Shown here piece by piece: positions 54,501-64,000 of a stretch of DNA of 64,000 nt; position 1 is the first letter of the stretch; every line of letters starts with the position of its first letter. The translations under genes and the position numbers were made by a program. Origin of the DNA: Phoronis australis (Eukaryota; Animalia; Phoronida); the NCBI GenBank assembly GCA_002633005.1, contig NMRA01000816.1, forward strand, positions 69,619 through 133,618, in the 5' to 3' direction. The notes under the pieces were generated by a model, which was not told the origin of the DNA, searched no databases, and saw nothing but the letters and a program-made list of their open reading frames with translations.

Positions 54501-57500
54501 ATGGCACTATATGACTGCCACTTCCAAACATAATAATTACAGTAAAAATTCTCCAGTTTTGGGATTTTCTGTAATTTAGCACAGCAATTCAAGCCAAAAC
54601 TGAATTTTTCTTGACTCTGAAGCTTGGTACATGAGCACTTTTGATGTTCATTTTATTTATCAAATATTGGACACGGCACTTGGTGTCAACAAAGACTGAA
54701 ATAAAATTTTAAAAAATAACTGTAAAAACAATTTGTTCTATCCCTTAAATCTTCAACTTAATAGGTCAATATTTCCTATTTCCAAACTTGGATGAGCAAA
54801 ATAATTAAATTTTCAGTGACCCAAATTGGAGAATTTTTACCACAGCAGTCCTCCAGCAGAAACTTATCCTTATTTTACTGCAATTTTCCACCCATTTTGC
54901 AAAAAAATATTGCGAAAAGGCCATTATCTTTTTGCAAACAATTGGAGTTTCGGCAAATGTTTTATGACATCTACACTCTAAAATACATGCTTGTGTCAAG
55001 ACTGAAATGTTCTTAATCTTCACTTTTGCGGAGAAATTTAACACAACAGAAAGTGTCTGCTAAATAAGCAAAGAATTACCATTGGTAATATTTTGGAAGG
55101 TGCTTAATTCAAAACATGGACTTTTTGACTTGAGACTTATAAAACCTACTAGCAATTCTAAGTCTGCAGTTAAAGTTACTGTACATGGTGTTATTTCATG
55201 TTAAACTCTAATTTTGCCGCAAACGTTATAATTTTTGCTAACAGAATTGCCCTTCATACCTCCAGAGGGCCTCCACGTCAATATTTCAAAACCAATCGAT
55301 CCAAGCACTCACAGTTTACCACCAGCGAATCAAGCACCAAATGCAGACAACACTCTCACCCAAACACTAAACTCTAATCGCAAAAGCTCATGCACAATTT
55401 CCCTATAACTAATGTCAACCTAGGAGAACAAATGTCAAAATTTCCATAATCACCCTCAGCCCACTAACATACACACCACTACCCAAACATGGTCACACTA
55501 AAAGTCAGTCTCACTGATATGTAATCCCCACCTATTATGTAAGCATGTATATTTGAACAGCAACTATACATATTTGTCATAACACAGGTCTATAACACTG
55601 GTGTGATATACAGCATACATTAAAACCTCACCAATTTAGGACACAGTATGGTGACCAGACAAGTGAAATCTTGTTTTTTCCTCAAAATTTTTCACGAGAC
55701 ACGGAGCACCAAAAAAATTTAATGATTTTTAAGTTCTGTGCGACAGAAGCCGGTTTAAAAAAGGAAACCTGCTTATTTTTATCCAAAATTCGTGATCTCT
55801 TGATGACTAATGTGATTTACAAAATGCAAAATTTTCGAAGGCTACAATAAAAAAATCTTCAATTTGGAACAGAAATAATGGCTAAAGTTGCCATATTTCT
55901 ATTTTTCAGAGGCATCCCACATTCTTGAAACGCTAATTTTTTTCCAAACATTTCCTCACAGCTACCTCATAGAAACCATGCGAAGTAAATTTTCCTGAAA
56001 AGTTATTTCCATTGAAATTTCATTTTAAAATGAAGCCTGGCTACCATATTGTGTCCCAAACTTTGAACTCCATGTTCCCATATAGCTGTACATGGAAATC
56101 CCTCAGCCAAGCACTCACATAAAACTAAATTTTAAACAGCTAGAAAGGTCGTCAGAGACAAAAATACCTAATATGACAATTTCACTGACAAGAGATGAAT
56201 ACAATACATTTGTCGCACTTCACAGCAACTGAGAATAAGTAACTTCAACCTTACCAATTCCAGTTGAAAACACACCGATTATTTTTAAAATAATACATAA
56301 TTCCACCAAACTGAACAAACCAATACCCCTCGTAGCTGGGGTATACCTATAGAATGGGGGGAGGAGGTCATACATACCTGATGCAGCTCTCTCATCTGAA
56401 CCAGTCGGTCCTCAAACTTCCTCAGTGTCCAGAATGTACTGATGCCCAGCTTAGAGTTGGTCACCTTTATCAATACTTGACCACCGCCATCGCTGCCCGA
56501 GACATCCTCGCGACTAAATGTCTGTAACAACACAATTAGCTCCATAGGTGAATCCTGTTGTACTATTGTTGGAACCCTTATACTTTCTCAAGTCAAGCGA
56601 CAAATAACAGATAATGCATGTAATTGTCATAATTGTCAAGTTTGGCTTCAGCTCTCAAGACTACATAGCACTTAAACCTGCTTTTCTAAAGTATGGTGAT
56701 TGGTTTCCACCCAGCCATAATACATGAGATACTTAATAAACACTCAAATACATTCATCTCATACATATTTAAAGATAACATTAAATAAAATCTAACAAAC
56801 ATACAACCATTCTTTCACGAGCCCAAGTCACAATAAACCAATATACCTAAAATACACCCAATACTGCCAGTAACAACACCGGGTCCAATTTCATAATTTC
56901 CAGTAAAGCAGAGCCTCCGATCACACCTCCAGCAGCGGAGACCAACTGGTGAAAAAACAAGGGGAGCTGACTTCCACACATAAGTGAGCTGTTACTATCC
57001 ATCTAGGCAGGCAGGCTGTTGTTGCCAAAGTAAACAACACCTACCATATTACACAATACACAAACATCTCCCAACTATGTTAGACTATTAATAGCATGTC
57101 CCTATTAACACCTCATTAGCCACACACTCAAGGAGACCAGCAGATCTGTGTTTCCTTTCCATCAGTAGCTGTCAGGTTAGTTTGACACAGCAGATCCTCC
57201 GGCAACACAGTTTTGTTGAGGATTGTTGAGGTCTGTCTAAGTTCTCAACCAAAATGCAACACAAACACAAAATCAGAAAGAACGTACCCAATGCACATAC
57301 TGTGGAGTAGGTGCACACCAAAACAAATCGTACCCAATAACATTACCTGTAATAAAGGCTAATTTGCAATGTCGATGACTGCAATGACTTACTGTTGCAA
57401 AATTCTACTTATAAAATAATATTTCCTTCATCTTAGCTTTGTGACTTACTGTTGCAAAATCCTACTTATAAAATAATATTTCCTTCATCTTAACTTTCTG

Positions 57501-60500
57501 AAAAATCCCAAGTTACTCCAGGGCAGGGCAAATGAACAATTATTACACCAAATTCCACCCACTCACACCCAGCTATCAGGACTCCACATACAATTTTGTC
57601 CCATTTTTGCCTTGAACTTTAACATTAGTTTGAGTGAGTGGAAAGACAATAACCCAGCCATCAAAGTCGATGGAAAATGACAGCAAGATGCAGGGAGACA
57701 AAAGACGACAATCACCCGAGTTGATTACTTTTACAGTCCATATCCTGCAAACATCCAACTGGCACTGGTCACCAACACAATTTTAAGAGAACAGAAAACC
57801 CCCTCCAGCACCTCACCATCACTTCAGTACACTATCACATAAATAATCACATACAGCATTCAGGTGTAGCCTAATGTCCACTATTATACAACACAATACA
57901 ATACAAATCTGTGAATGAGCTTAGGCCATTTGCAGGTGGCAATGACACAAACCCATTCACTTGTTATCATCCATAGACCAGGGCCTGTTGCACTATGCTT
58001 TATTGCTTGGTTATATTTCTCCAAGTATGTTGCTTTGTTGTGAAGTTTGTTTGCTTTTGTTTGAAAGAATGGTAGTGGTTGCATTTCTTGTTGATCAGTT
58101 TGAACTTCCCATATAACATGCATCTCGTGAAAATCTCGAGGCCTGTCATATTTGGGCACTCATTCAATAAGTAGGGCTCAAGCCCTACAGTCCTTTGATG
58201 AATTCTTCAGAAATACATTATGAAGATGAAACTGAGCTGCAGGAAACAAGTCGTCTCCTTCATACCATTCTGAAGTTAATCGAGATTTTCTGTTGACTTT
58301 ATTTTTTAATTCTTGTGCCTCAGCAAAGATGACTTTCAACTCGTCTGTCTAAAATTTGGCATGTGAATAGATCTCGTTTATTTCCTTACTCTTTAATGGG
58401 CACAGTCTTTTTAAGGGAATGGTAAGTGGTATTAGGTATGTTAGCTATTCCCACTAGGGGGCAGTGTTGAGTGTGATCGGAGAGTTCTAGTTGGTCGGCG
58501 AGGGTGTTCAGAGAATTCAGTTCACGTCTGCTCACCATGCAAGAAGGGCACGCAACCGTTCACTCCTCAGACAACGCTCGGAACATCGGTTAAGATAATA
58601 CGTACTAACACATTATTGGAAGCATATAGACAACGGTGAAGCTAAACATTACAAAGGAGAACCCCCGGGGCATCATTACATACACTGATACACAGCTTCC
58701 AAAGAAAGACTAAAGTACCTCTCCACTAACTCGTCTATTACACATCTCGTAGTCGGACCAACAGAACTGAAATTTGCAATCTTGGAACCACTTCTCACTC
58801 AACAACCTGAACGACAGGGACGAGACAGCCTCGATTGTTGAGAACAACAACATAAGTTGTTTTACTGATCATGTGTCATTTCGTTTATATTACTGTAACA
58901 TATATGTTCAGTCTCCCTGGTTGAGAAACATAACATGAGTTGTTTTACTGATCATGTGTATTTTCGTTTACATTACTGTAACATATATGTTCAGTCTCAA
59001 TGGTTGAGAAACATAACTTATGTTATGTAACATAAGTTGTTTTACTGATCATGTGTAATTTCGTTTATATAACTGTAACAGTGGAGCACTTCAGTGCTCT
59101 ACTGAAATGTGATTCTCAGCTGTACACTACCATAACAACCACAGAGTAGTGTGGAATCAAGTACAGGAAATGTTGTATCACAAAGATTACAAAAAAACAG
59201 ACCGTATAGCGCAAAAAACACGAAGAGAATTTCCACATCGGTAAAATTGTGTACTGCATCAAATGTGTCATTTCACATTTATTGCAAAATTATTATCACC
59301 AGACTACTTTATCTTTCCTTATCCAGTATTGTTATATTCTTAGAAATTCACTGTACCCACTTTTCACTTGGAACACAGAATTTTAAAGCTTTCAGTAATA
59401 CACTTCAAACCCAAGACAAGAGCTCGTAAGAAACATAAAGATGCGACAGGCAAATACATATGTCATGACAAAATCAACTAGAGGACGAAGACCTGTAAAT
59501 TAAAGTAAAAATAATCTGACAGTTGATGTGGTCTTTATAGATCTAACTACTAATGATTAACATCTAATAGAGGCACATGTCAATTCCAACCTTTCTCATG
59601 ATTCATAATTCCTTAACAATTACCACGCACTGTACAGAGTCATGCATTGGAACAGAATATACGGTGCCTCCTTGCTATCCCCACTAAGGCATTGTCCACA
59701 TGACTCTATGTTCACTTGTAAAGGTAACCTTTTACAGACAGTTCAGGCCATACATTTCTACTGAATTGCGCAGTCTGAAGTTAATTAAAATTAAAACTTT
59801 GAAAATGTTCTCCAGCGTGGTGGATTTTTTTGAGAACAATGTTTTCACAGCACTTGACTGAACAGGAAAAAAATAACTCCTTGAAAACAGTTTTCACTGT
59901 CTTAGTGGGTACAGTGAAAAACCAACTCTCAGAATTCAGTTAGAAATTGAATCTAATAATTACAAAAACAAATACATGTAGTTTCTGTCACTTGTTTTAA
60001 ACCAAAACATGTGGTGACGAGTGTTGCCCCACTGTTCCACACACACGCGAGACAGATTAAAGGCGAAGGTAACCTTTTTTAGCAAAAATAAGGTTTGCTG
60101 ATTATCCCAGACATATTTTTCATTTAATTACAGCTTTTTGTAATTTTATTAATTATTTGTTCTCTACTCTGGAAGTGACGTTTTTGGGCCTGGCTGAGCT
60201 GTGGAATGTGTACCCCCTTGAAGTCGGAGGGTATTTCATTCAGAACTAGGTCACAAGCACTGCACATAATTAAAACCTCGTTACTAAGTCATTAGTGAAC
60301 ATATACTTACCAAATTTTCAGTATTACATCTTGAGTATAATTATTATGAGCTTTGTGTTGATATGAGTTTTATCCAAGTTTAATACTGATAACGGGTTGA
60401 TCAAGCACTTTTTGTTTTCCAGAAACAAAGACGTTTGTTTACAAATAATCCGTTTAAATTTCCAGAAAACATGTCAGGAAAGTTTTCTGTGTGGCATATC

Positions 60501-63500
60501 CTCATTATAATCTAGATCACTGAAATCTGTATCTATAAACCTGACCACTCAGTGCCATCAGTATCCACAATATCATATCCATAATCACTGAAGTTTATAT
60601 CTAAATGTGACCAGTGTCATCAGTATCCACACTATCCTCCATAATAAAAACTTCAAGAACTGTGAGAGCAGCAGAGATGATATCCGTGTAATACCAAGGC
60701 AGTATTTCAAGTGAACACAGTGCTGGTGAAAGAGTAGAATGTTCCCAGTAACTGGACATTTTGTTATTGTATTTGGTCAGTTCCGACAAAATAAACAGGG
60801 GCACCCTAACAGATGATTAAGAGGTGACAGCAGCATTATGTAATACCAATTAGGCTCCAATTCAGAGCAATTAGCTTCAATCTAGTCTTCAAATCAAACA
60901 AACATACTGTATTTCTTGAAAGAACATCTCTATTACCTTTCAAAATTTACAACAACCACTACAAAGTTAACATGCTTCCTGGTTTTTCCTTGAATTGATA
61001 ATTAGCTTGTGAAAAAATGGTTCTAAAGTCCAGAAACAACACCAGCATGTCACAAAACCCAGCGGAAACACTAAGTGAAATATGTCTCCGTATTGTCACG
61101 TGAAACAATCATGGAGAAGGTTAGGGTTAGAACCATCTTTGCTCGTTTAAAGTTGACTGTTTGTTTTCTTGATGACTAGGTGACACGCAAGACAGCTTAA
61201 ATCAGCTTCATATCACAAGCCTCAATTTGCATATCACAAGCCTCAATTTGCATATCACAAGCCTCAATTTGCATATCACAAGCCTCAATTTGTATATCAC
61301 AAGCCTCAATTTGCATATCACAAGCCTCAATTTGCATATCACAAGCCTCAATCTATGGTCATCATGCACATGGCATATAAATAGAATACAATACAATACA
61401 AGACAAAAATAATCGGATAAAATACCCCCTCGTGACAGCTACAATTCTGTTAACAACAAAAATTACCGGTAACAACAATTAGGGCAGCAAAATAATAATT
61501 ACAGAATGAATTAGCCACCATGCTAACTTCCCTGTTGAACTCCTTCATTATCAGATGTGAGGGAAGACTACACTAACAAAGAATTTGGCTTCTGCCCAGC
61601 CATCATGACAAGGAATTCTGGGTAATTTTTGTCCGCATACTTTTGACTTGTACTGTATACTTCAACAGCTCTTTCAAACAATAAGGAAATACAACTCTTT
61701 CGTTTCGTTGCCACCTCACAGTAGCTAGTTATGAAGAAAGTATTCACTATCTTTATTTTTGTAAAGAAACTGGACAAAGTAAATTTCTGTTCGTTGCCGC
61801 ACTGCACAAGTAATCTGCTACGGTATCTATTGACCTGTAAACAGAAGCACGAGCTTAATCAAAGAAAACAAAGAAAGAGGATGAACTAACCGTGAACTTT
61901 TTGAGGTCGAGGCTGATCCTGTTGGCCTCTCGCACCAACAGCTGTGTCCTGTAGAGGTCAGTCTTGACCGAGTCCTTGCGCACACTGACCGGTGTGTTGG
62001 TGCGACGCTGTTTGATGGTGGAGAGTTTCTGCACCTCATTCTTGATCTTCTGCTGCTCCAGTTCCAGTTGCTTGAGTAGCTTAGTGTGGTCCACGCGGGA
62101 CTTTTCCACAGCCTGAACACAGTATAAAATGTGGTGATATATATAATATACTATTATAACGATTTGTAAGTAACAACAGGGCACGGAATGACCAATAACA
62201 AAAAAGGAATAAATGTTCCAGGTGACGTATCGTCCCATAAATAAATAGGCTTGCGTGTAGAAATATTTTTGCGATGTAAAATTTAACTGAATTTGCATGA
62301 ATAAAGTCGAAATAATGATAAAATAGAGACGAAAAAAGAGGAAACTAGAAACCAATTAAGAGGAAATTGAAACCAAACACGAGGAATCCTCTTAAAAAAA
62401 GGAAAATTCCAATCTCTGTGACAAACAAAGGGTGCAATCACAGAGAATCAATAAGTAAAAGGGAACCATTCACTTGTATGAAACACTGTAGAATCAGACA
62501 TAAGATTAAAGAACCACAAAGTTAGGTGTTGATTATACCGAAGACAGTAGGACCATGCAAAAGATCTGTATTAGTGCAAATGATAGCACGGGTTGTGCAT
62601 ATATTTCAGTGACTTATGCAGAAGATTCAGTGCTTTGTGCAGATGAGTGAAGCCCCGAGTGCATGATTGCCAAGGGTTACGAGACAGTTAGTTAATCACA
62701 GTGATAACCAAACCATCAACCTCATGTTTACTTACAAAATGCTCTAATCAATAAAATACTGAGAAATCTCAGCGTTTAAAACTTCAAATTTTCAAGACTT
62801 TAATGCCTAAAAAATTTACCTTCTGCGACGCTTGTGCTTCCAGCTCTAACTTTTTCCGATTAGACAAAACCTCCTGCTCCAATTGCTGCAAGCAGACGAC
62901 ACGACAATTACCAAAAGCACAGGAAACACATCCCACAATGCACCTGAGAGCCCTCAATCTCTGAATTCAGATTGGTACCAATATTCATACTCAAGGTTGC
63001 GTCTGACTCAGCTCTATACACAAAATTGTTCTTAGTCGGCACACAAAAACAGTAGCAGAAGATCGAACAATCAGAATCAGATTATGCTTATAATCCAAGA
63101 CAGTGGGTTGTTTATCCCCCCTGCACATTCAAGCCTTATCAACAAACAGGGGTACTCACCATCTTCTCTTGCCTCAGTCTCTCTATGTCGTCCTCCACTT
63201 TCTGGCGGTGAACGTCCGACTTCACCTTCAACTGGTTCTGTTCAGTCTGCAAAAGGTTATTAATAAAAATTAAAGAGGCGTACGCTGAGTTATGTCACTC
63301 TCGCCACTGAGAACTGAATTCTGAAGAGCATGGAGAGTGTGTAACTTTAACCAAGAAGCATAATTTTGAAGTTAAAAATAACAAATTGGCTTCTTACTTT
63401 ACAAATAAACCCATTTAGTTTAACACAATGACAAAGTTTCACTAGGCAGCTTGGTTCCATTAAACAGCAGACAACAATGCTAACCCTAACACTTGACAGC

Positions 63501-63680
63501 CAATAGCATGCTGCCATCTGTCCAACACTCACCAGCGCCCTCTCCAGTTCAGCCAGTCTGTCCTCATAACCATGGCGCTGCATGCTCAGTTCATGTGCAG
63601 CAGCCTGCTTTGTCTCTTCAAGCTCTCGTTGCACCTCTTCCTTGGCAGTCCGTCGCGCCTCCTCCAATTCAGCCTGGATC
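42209..63680 (-). CDS. KIF14: Kinesin-like protein KIF14, 3' part (15 exons, ~737 C-terminal aa; motor and FHA exons outside the window)
   Basis: Phase-consistent GT-AG exons. Coiled coil, then LLVREANRIS, IKVTNSKLGISTFWTLRKFEDRLVQMRELH, IFYDPNDSWE, SLADRIL, GVENDIETMVKE, matching recalled KIF14 stalk/tail. Confidence 0.9.
43141..43481. repeat. Minisatellite, 18 x 19-bp AGAGTGG... units with three variants
   Basis: A=AGAGTGGGGCCCTTACCAG, B=AGAGTGGAACCCTTTTCAA, C=AGAGTGGAACCTTTACCAA. Confidence 0.93.
43627..43783 (-). CDS. KIF14: KIF14 exon
   Basis: tatag|VELDSTLRESIEEKPDNFYHHCYARS...AAHPLVK|gtagga. Confidence 0.82.
44168..44248 (-). CDS. KIF14: KIF14 exon
   Basis: ttctag|VTEDMIRHIEIVAATTKILLLKCQEIQ|gtaaat. 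Confidence 0.82.
44679..44819 (-). CDS. KIF14: KIF14 exon
   Basis: ttgtag|LGYDIRQEFLTGCDLFIDKTL...DWSSQSL|gtaggt. Confidence 0.8.
45411..45593 (-). CDS. KIF14: KIF14 exon
   Basis: ttcaag|GVENDIETMVKESSSEI...DEDEDSLSIK|gtggga. Confidence 0.85.
46075..46268 (-). CDS. KIF14: KIF14 exon
   Basis: tttcag|VVFVDSEVVQVSSLQIMTSLELVLTHCSLW...KLGNQLILFMK|gtgagt. Confidence 0.87.
46702..46821 (-). CDS. KIF14: KIF14 exon
   Basis: ttccag|ETTVKDSLADRILYNCDCLKMAVVTLLDAYEQTCENKKDK|gtgtgt. Confidence 0.85.
47215..47316 (-). CDS. KIF14: KIF14 exon
   Basis: tttcag|VMFQGGAAVMQESTRVPIIGLCRDYVELALDRFK|gtcaga. Confidence 0.78.
48084..48187 (-). CDS. KIF14: KIF14 exon
   Basis: tttcag|ISDLASRARRLSSLEALKNSPKTPKGVVTKEVRK|gtaat. 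Confidence 0.8.
51455..51597. repeat. Minisatellite, 16-bp CATGAGACAGGGACCT, ~9 copies
   Basis: Near-perfect tandem array in a KIF14 intron. Confidence 0.93.
53340..53443 (-). CDS. KIF14: KIF14 exon
   Basis: gcag|GESVDTTLSEEIFYDPNDSWEREDRIDATADSPR|gtaagt. Confidence 0.88.
54126..54185. repeat. 11-bp tandem repeat ATTATCCACAA, ~5 copies
   Basis: Direct copies. Confidence 0.85.
55635..56060. mobile_element. ~425-bp MITE with 18-bp imperfect TIRs
   Basis: TTTAGGACACAGTATGGT ... ACCATATTGTGTCCCAAA; related left end ACCAATTTAGGACACAGCATGG near 11034. Confidence 0.65.
56378..56521 (-). CDS. KIF14: KIF14 exon
   Basis: tacag|TFSREDV...LGISTFWTLRKFEDRLVQMRELHQ|gtatgt. Confidence 0.92.
57385..57498. 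repeat. ~57-bp tandem duplication
   Basis: TGACTTACTGTTGCAAAAT...ATATTTCCTTCATCTTA occurs twice. Confidence 0.85.
58838..59080. repeat. ~80-95-bp tandem repeat, ~3 copies
   Basis: AGTTGTTTTACTGATCATGTGT..TTTCGTTTA.A..ACTGTAACA repeated three times. Confidence 0.85.
60057..60186 (+). mobile_element. TTAA-flanked DNA transposon terminus, copy 2
   Basis: Homologous to 21764-21905. Confidence 0.55.
61209..61352. repeat. Minisatellite, 21-bp CATATCACAAGCCTCAATTTG, ~7 copies
   Basis: Near-perfect tandem array. Confidence 0.93.
61891..62112 (-). CDS. KIF14: KIF14 exon
   Basis: ttcag|AVEKSRVDHTKLLKQLELEQQKI...LLVREANRISLDLKKFT|gttag. Confidence 0.9.
62177..62418 (+). mobile_element. CAGGGC-TIR MITE family, copy 3
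   Basis: CAGGGCACGGAATGACCAAT ... GGAAAATTCCAATCTCTG; internal similarity to 28550-28805. Confidence 0.65.
62820..62885 (-). CDS. KIF14: KIF14 exon
   Basis: tgcag|QLEQEVLSNRKKLELEAQASQK|gtaaa. Confidence 0.88.
63160..63246 (-). CDS. KIF14: KIF14 exon
   Basis: ttgcag|TEQNQLKVKSDVHRQKVEDDIERLRQEKM|gtgag. Confidence 0.88.
63533..63680 (-). CDS. KIF14: KIF14 coiled-coil exon
   Basis: gcag|IQAELEEARRTAKEEVQRELEETK...RLAELERAL|gtgag. Confidence 0.9.
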
Positions 63681-64000
63681 CTGCCAAGACATAGAAAGCA
63701 GTCATGTGACTGGTCACAAATACGGTAAACAGTGAACAACCTCATCACAAGATATGGCAGTGCATAGTCATACGCCGTAGAAATACAACAACAGCCCTAT
63801 CTAAATTTGACGCATATTTCTTATTTGTTAACGTTATTGTTAGTTTTACTATAATAACCATCGATATCACTTTTATTTTTATAATTATTATTCTTATTAT
63901 AATAATCACTATTATAATTATCACTGTTGGTGACATTTTTTTGATGCTGTAGATAATTAGTCTAATTAAAAGCAATGTTATGCAATTTTAGTGGCTAGTG

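Noticed and set aside
58439-58742. Solo LTR (TGTTA...TTACACA)
   Set aside because: No matching target-site duplication and no second copy in the window.
61208-61412. Repeat ORFs (LRLVICK)n and (HITSLNL)n
   Set aside because: Translations of the 21-bp minisatellite.

Overview
Eukaryotic, intron-rich, AT-rich animal genomic DNA, probably from a marine invertebrate (inference only; the species cannot be determined here). Hand-splicing at splice sites gives four protein-coding genes. ZMYND19 (minus, 7 exons, 227 aa) lies head-to-head with DNTTIP2/FCF2 (plus, 6 exons, ~317 aa). HSD17B8, an SDR/ketoacyl reductase (minus, 7 exons, 250 aa), has its first exon and promoter present twice. The 3' 15 exons of kinesin KIF14 (minus) run off the window. 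Introns and intergenic DNA hold a Helentron-type non-autonomous element (HINE) carrying seven co-oriented CTCF-like motifs, a decayed Gypsy RT-RNase H, a Copia-like gag fragment, several MITE families and minisatellites. Both single-N positions sit between near-duplicate blocks, suggesting uncollapsed haplotypes. No CRISPR, prokaryotic system or clearly novel multi-gene system is visible. The best leads are the CTCF-motif-bearing HINE, the duplicated HSD17B8 first exon, candidate in-frame cassette exons in DNTTIP2 and KIF14, and the HNH-like half of ZMYND19.
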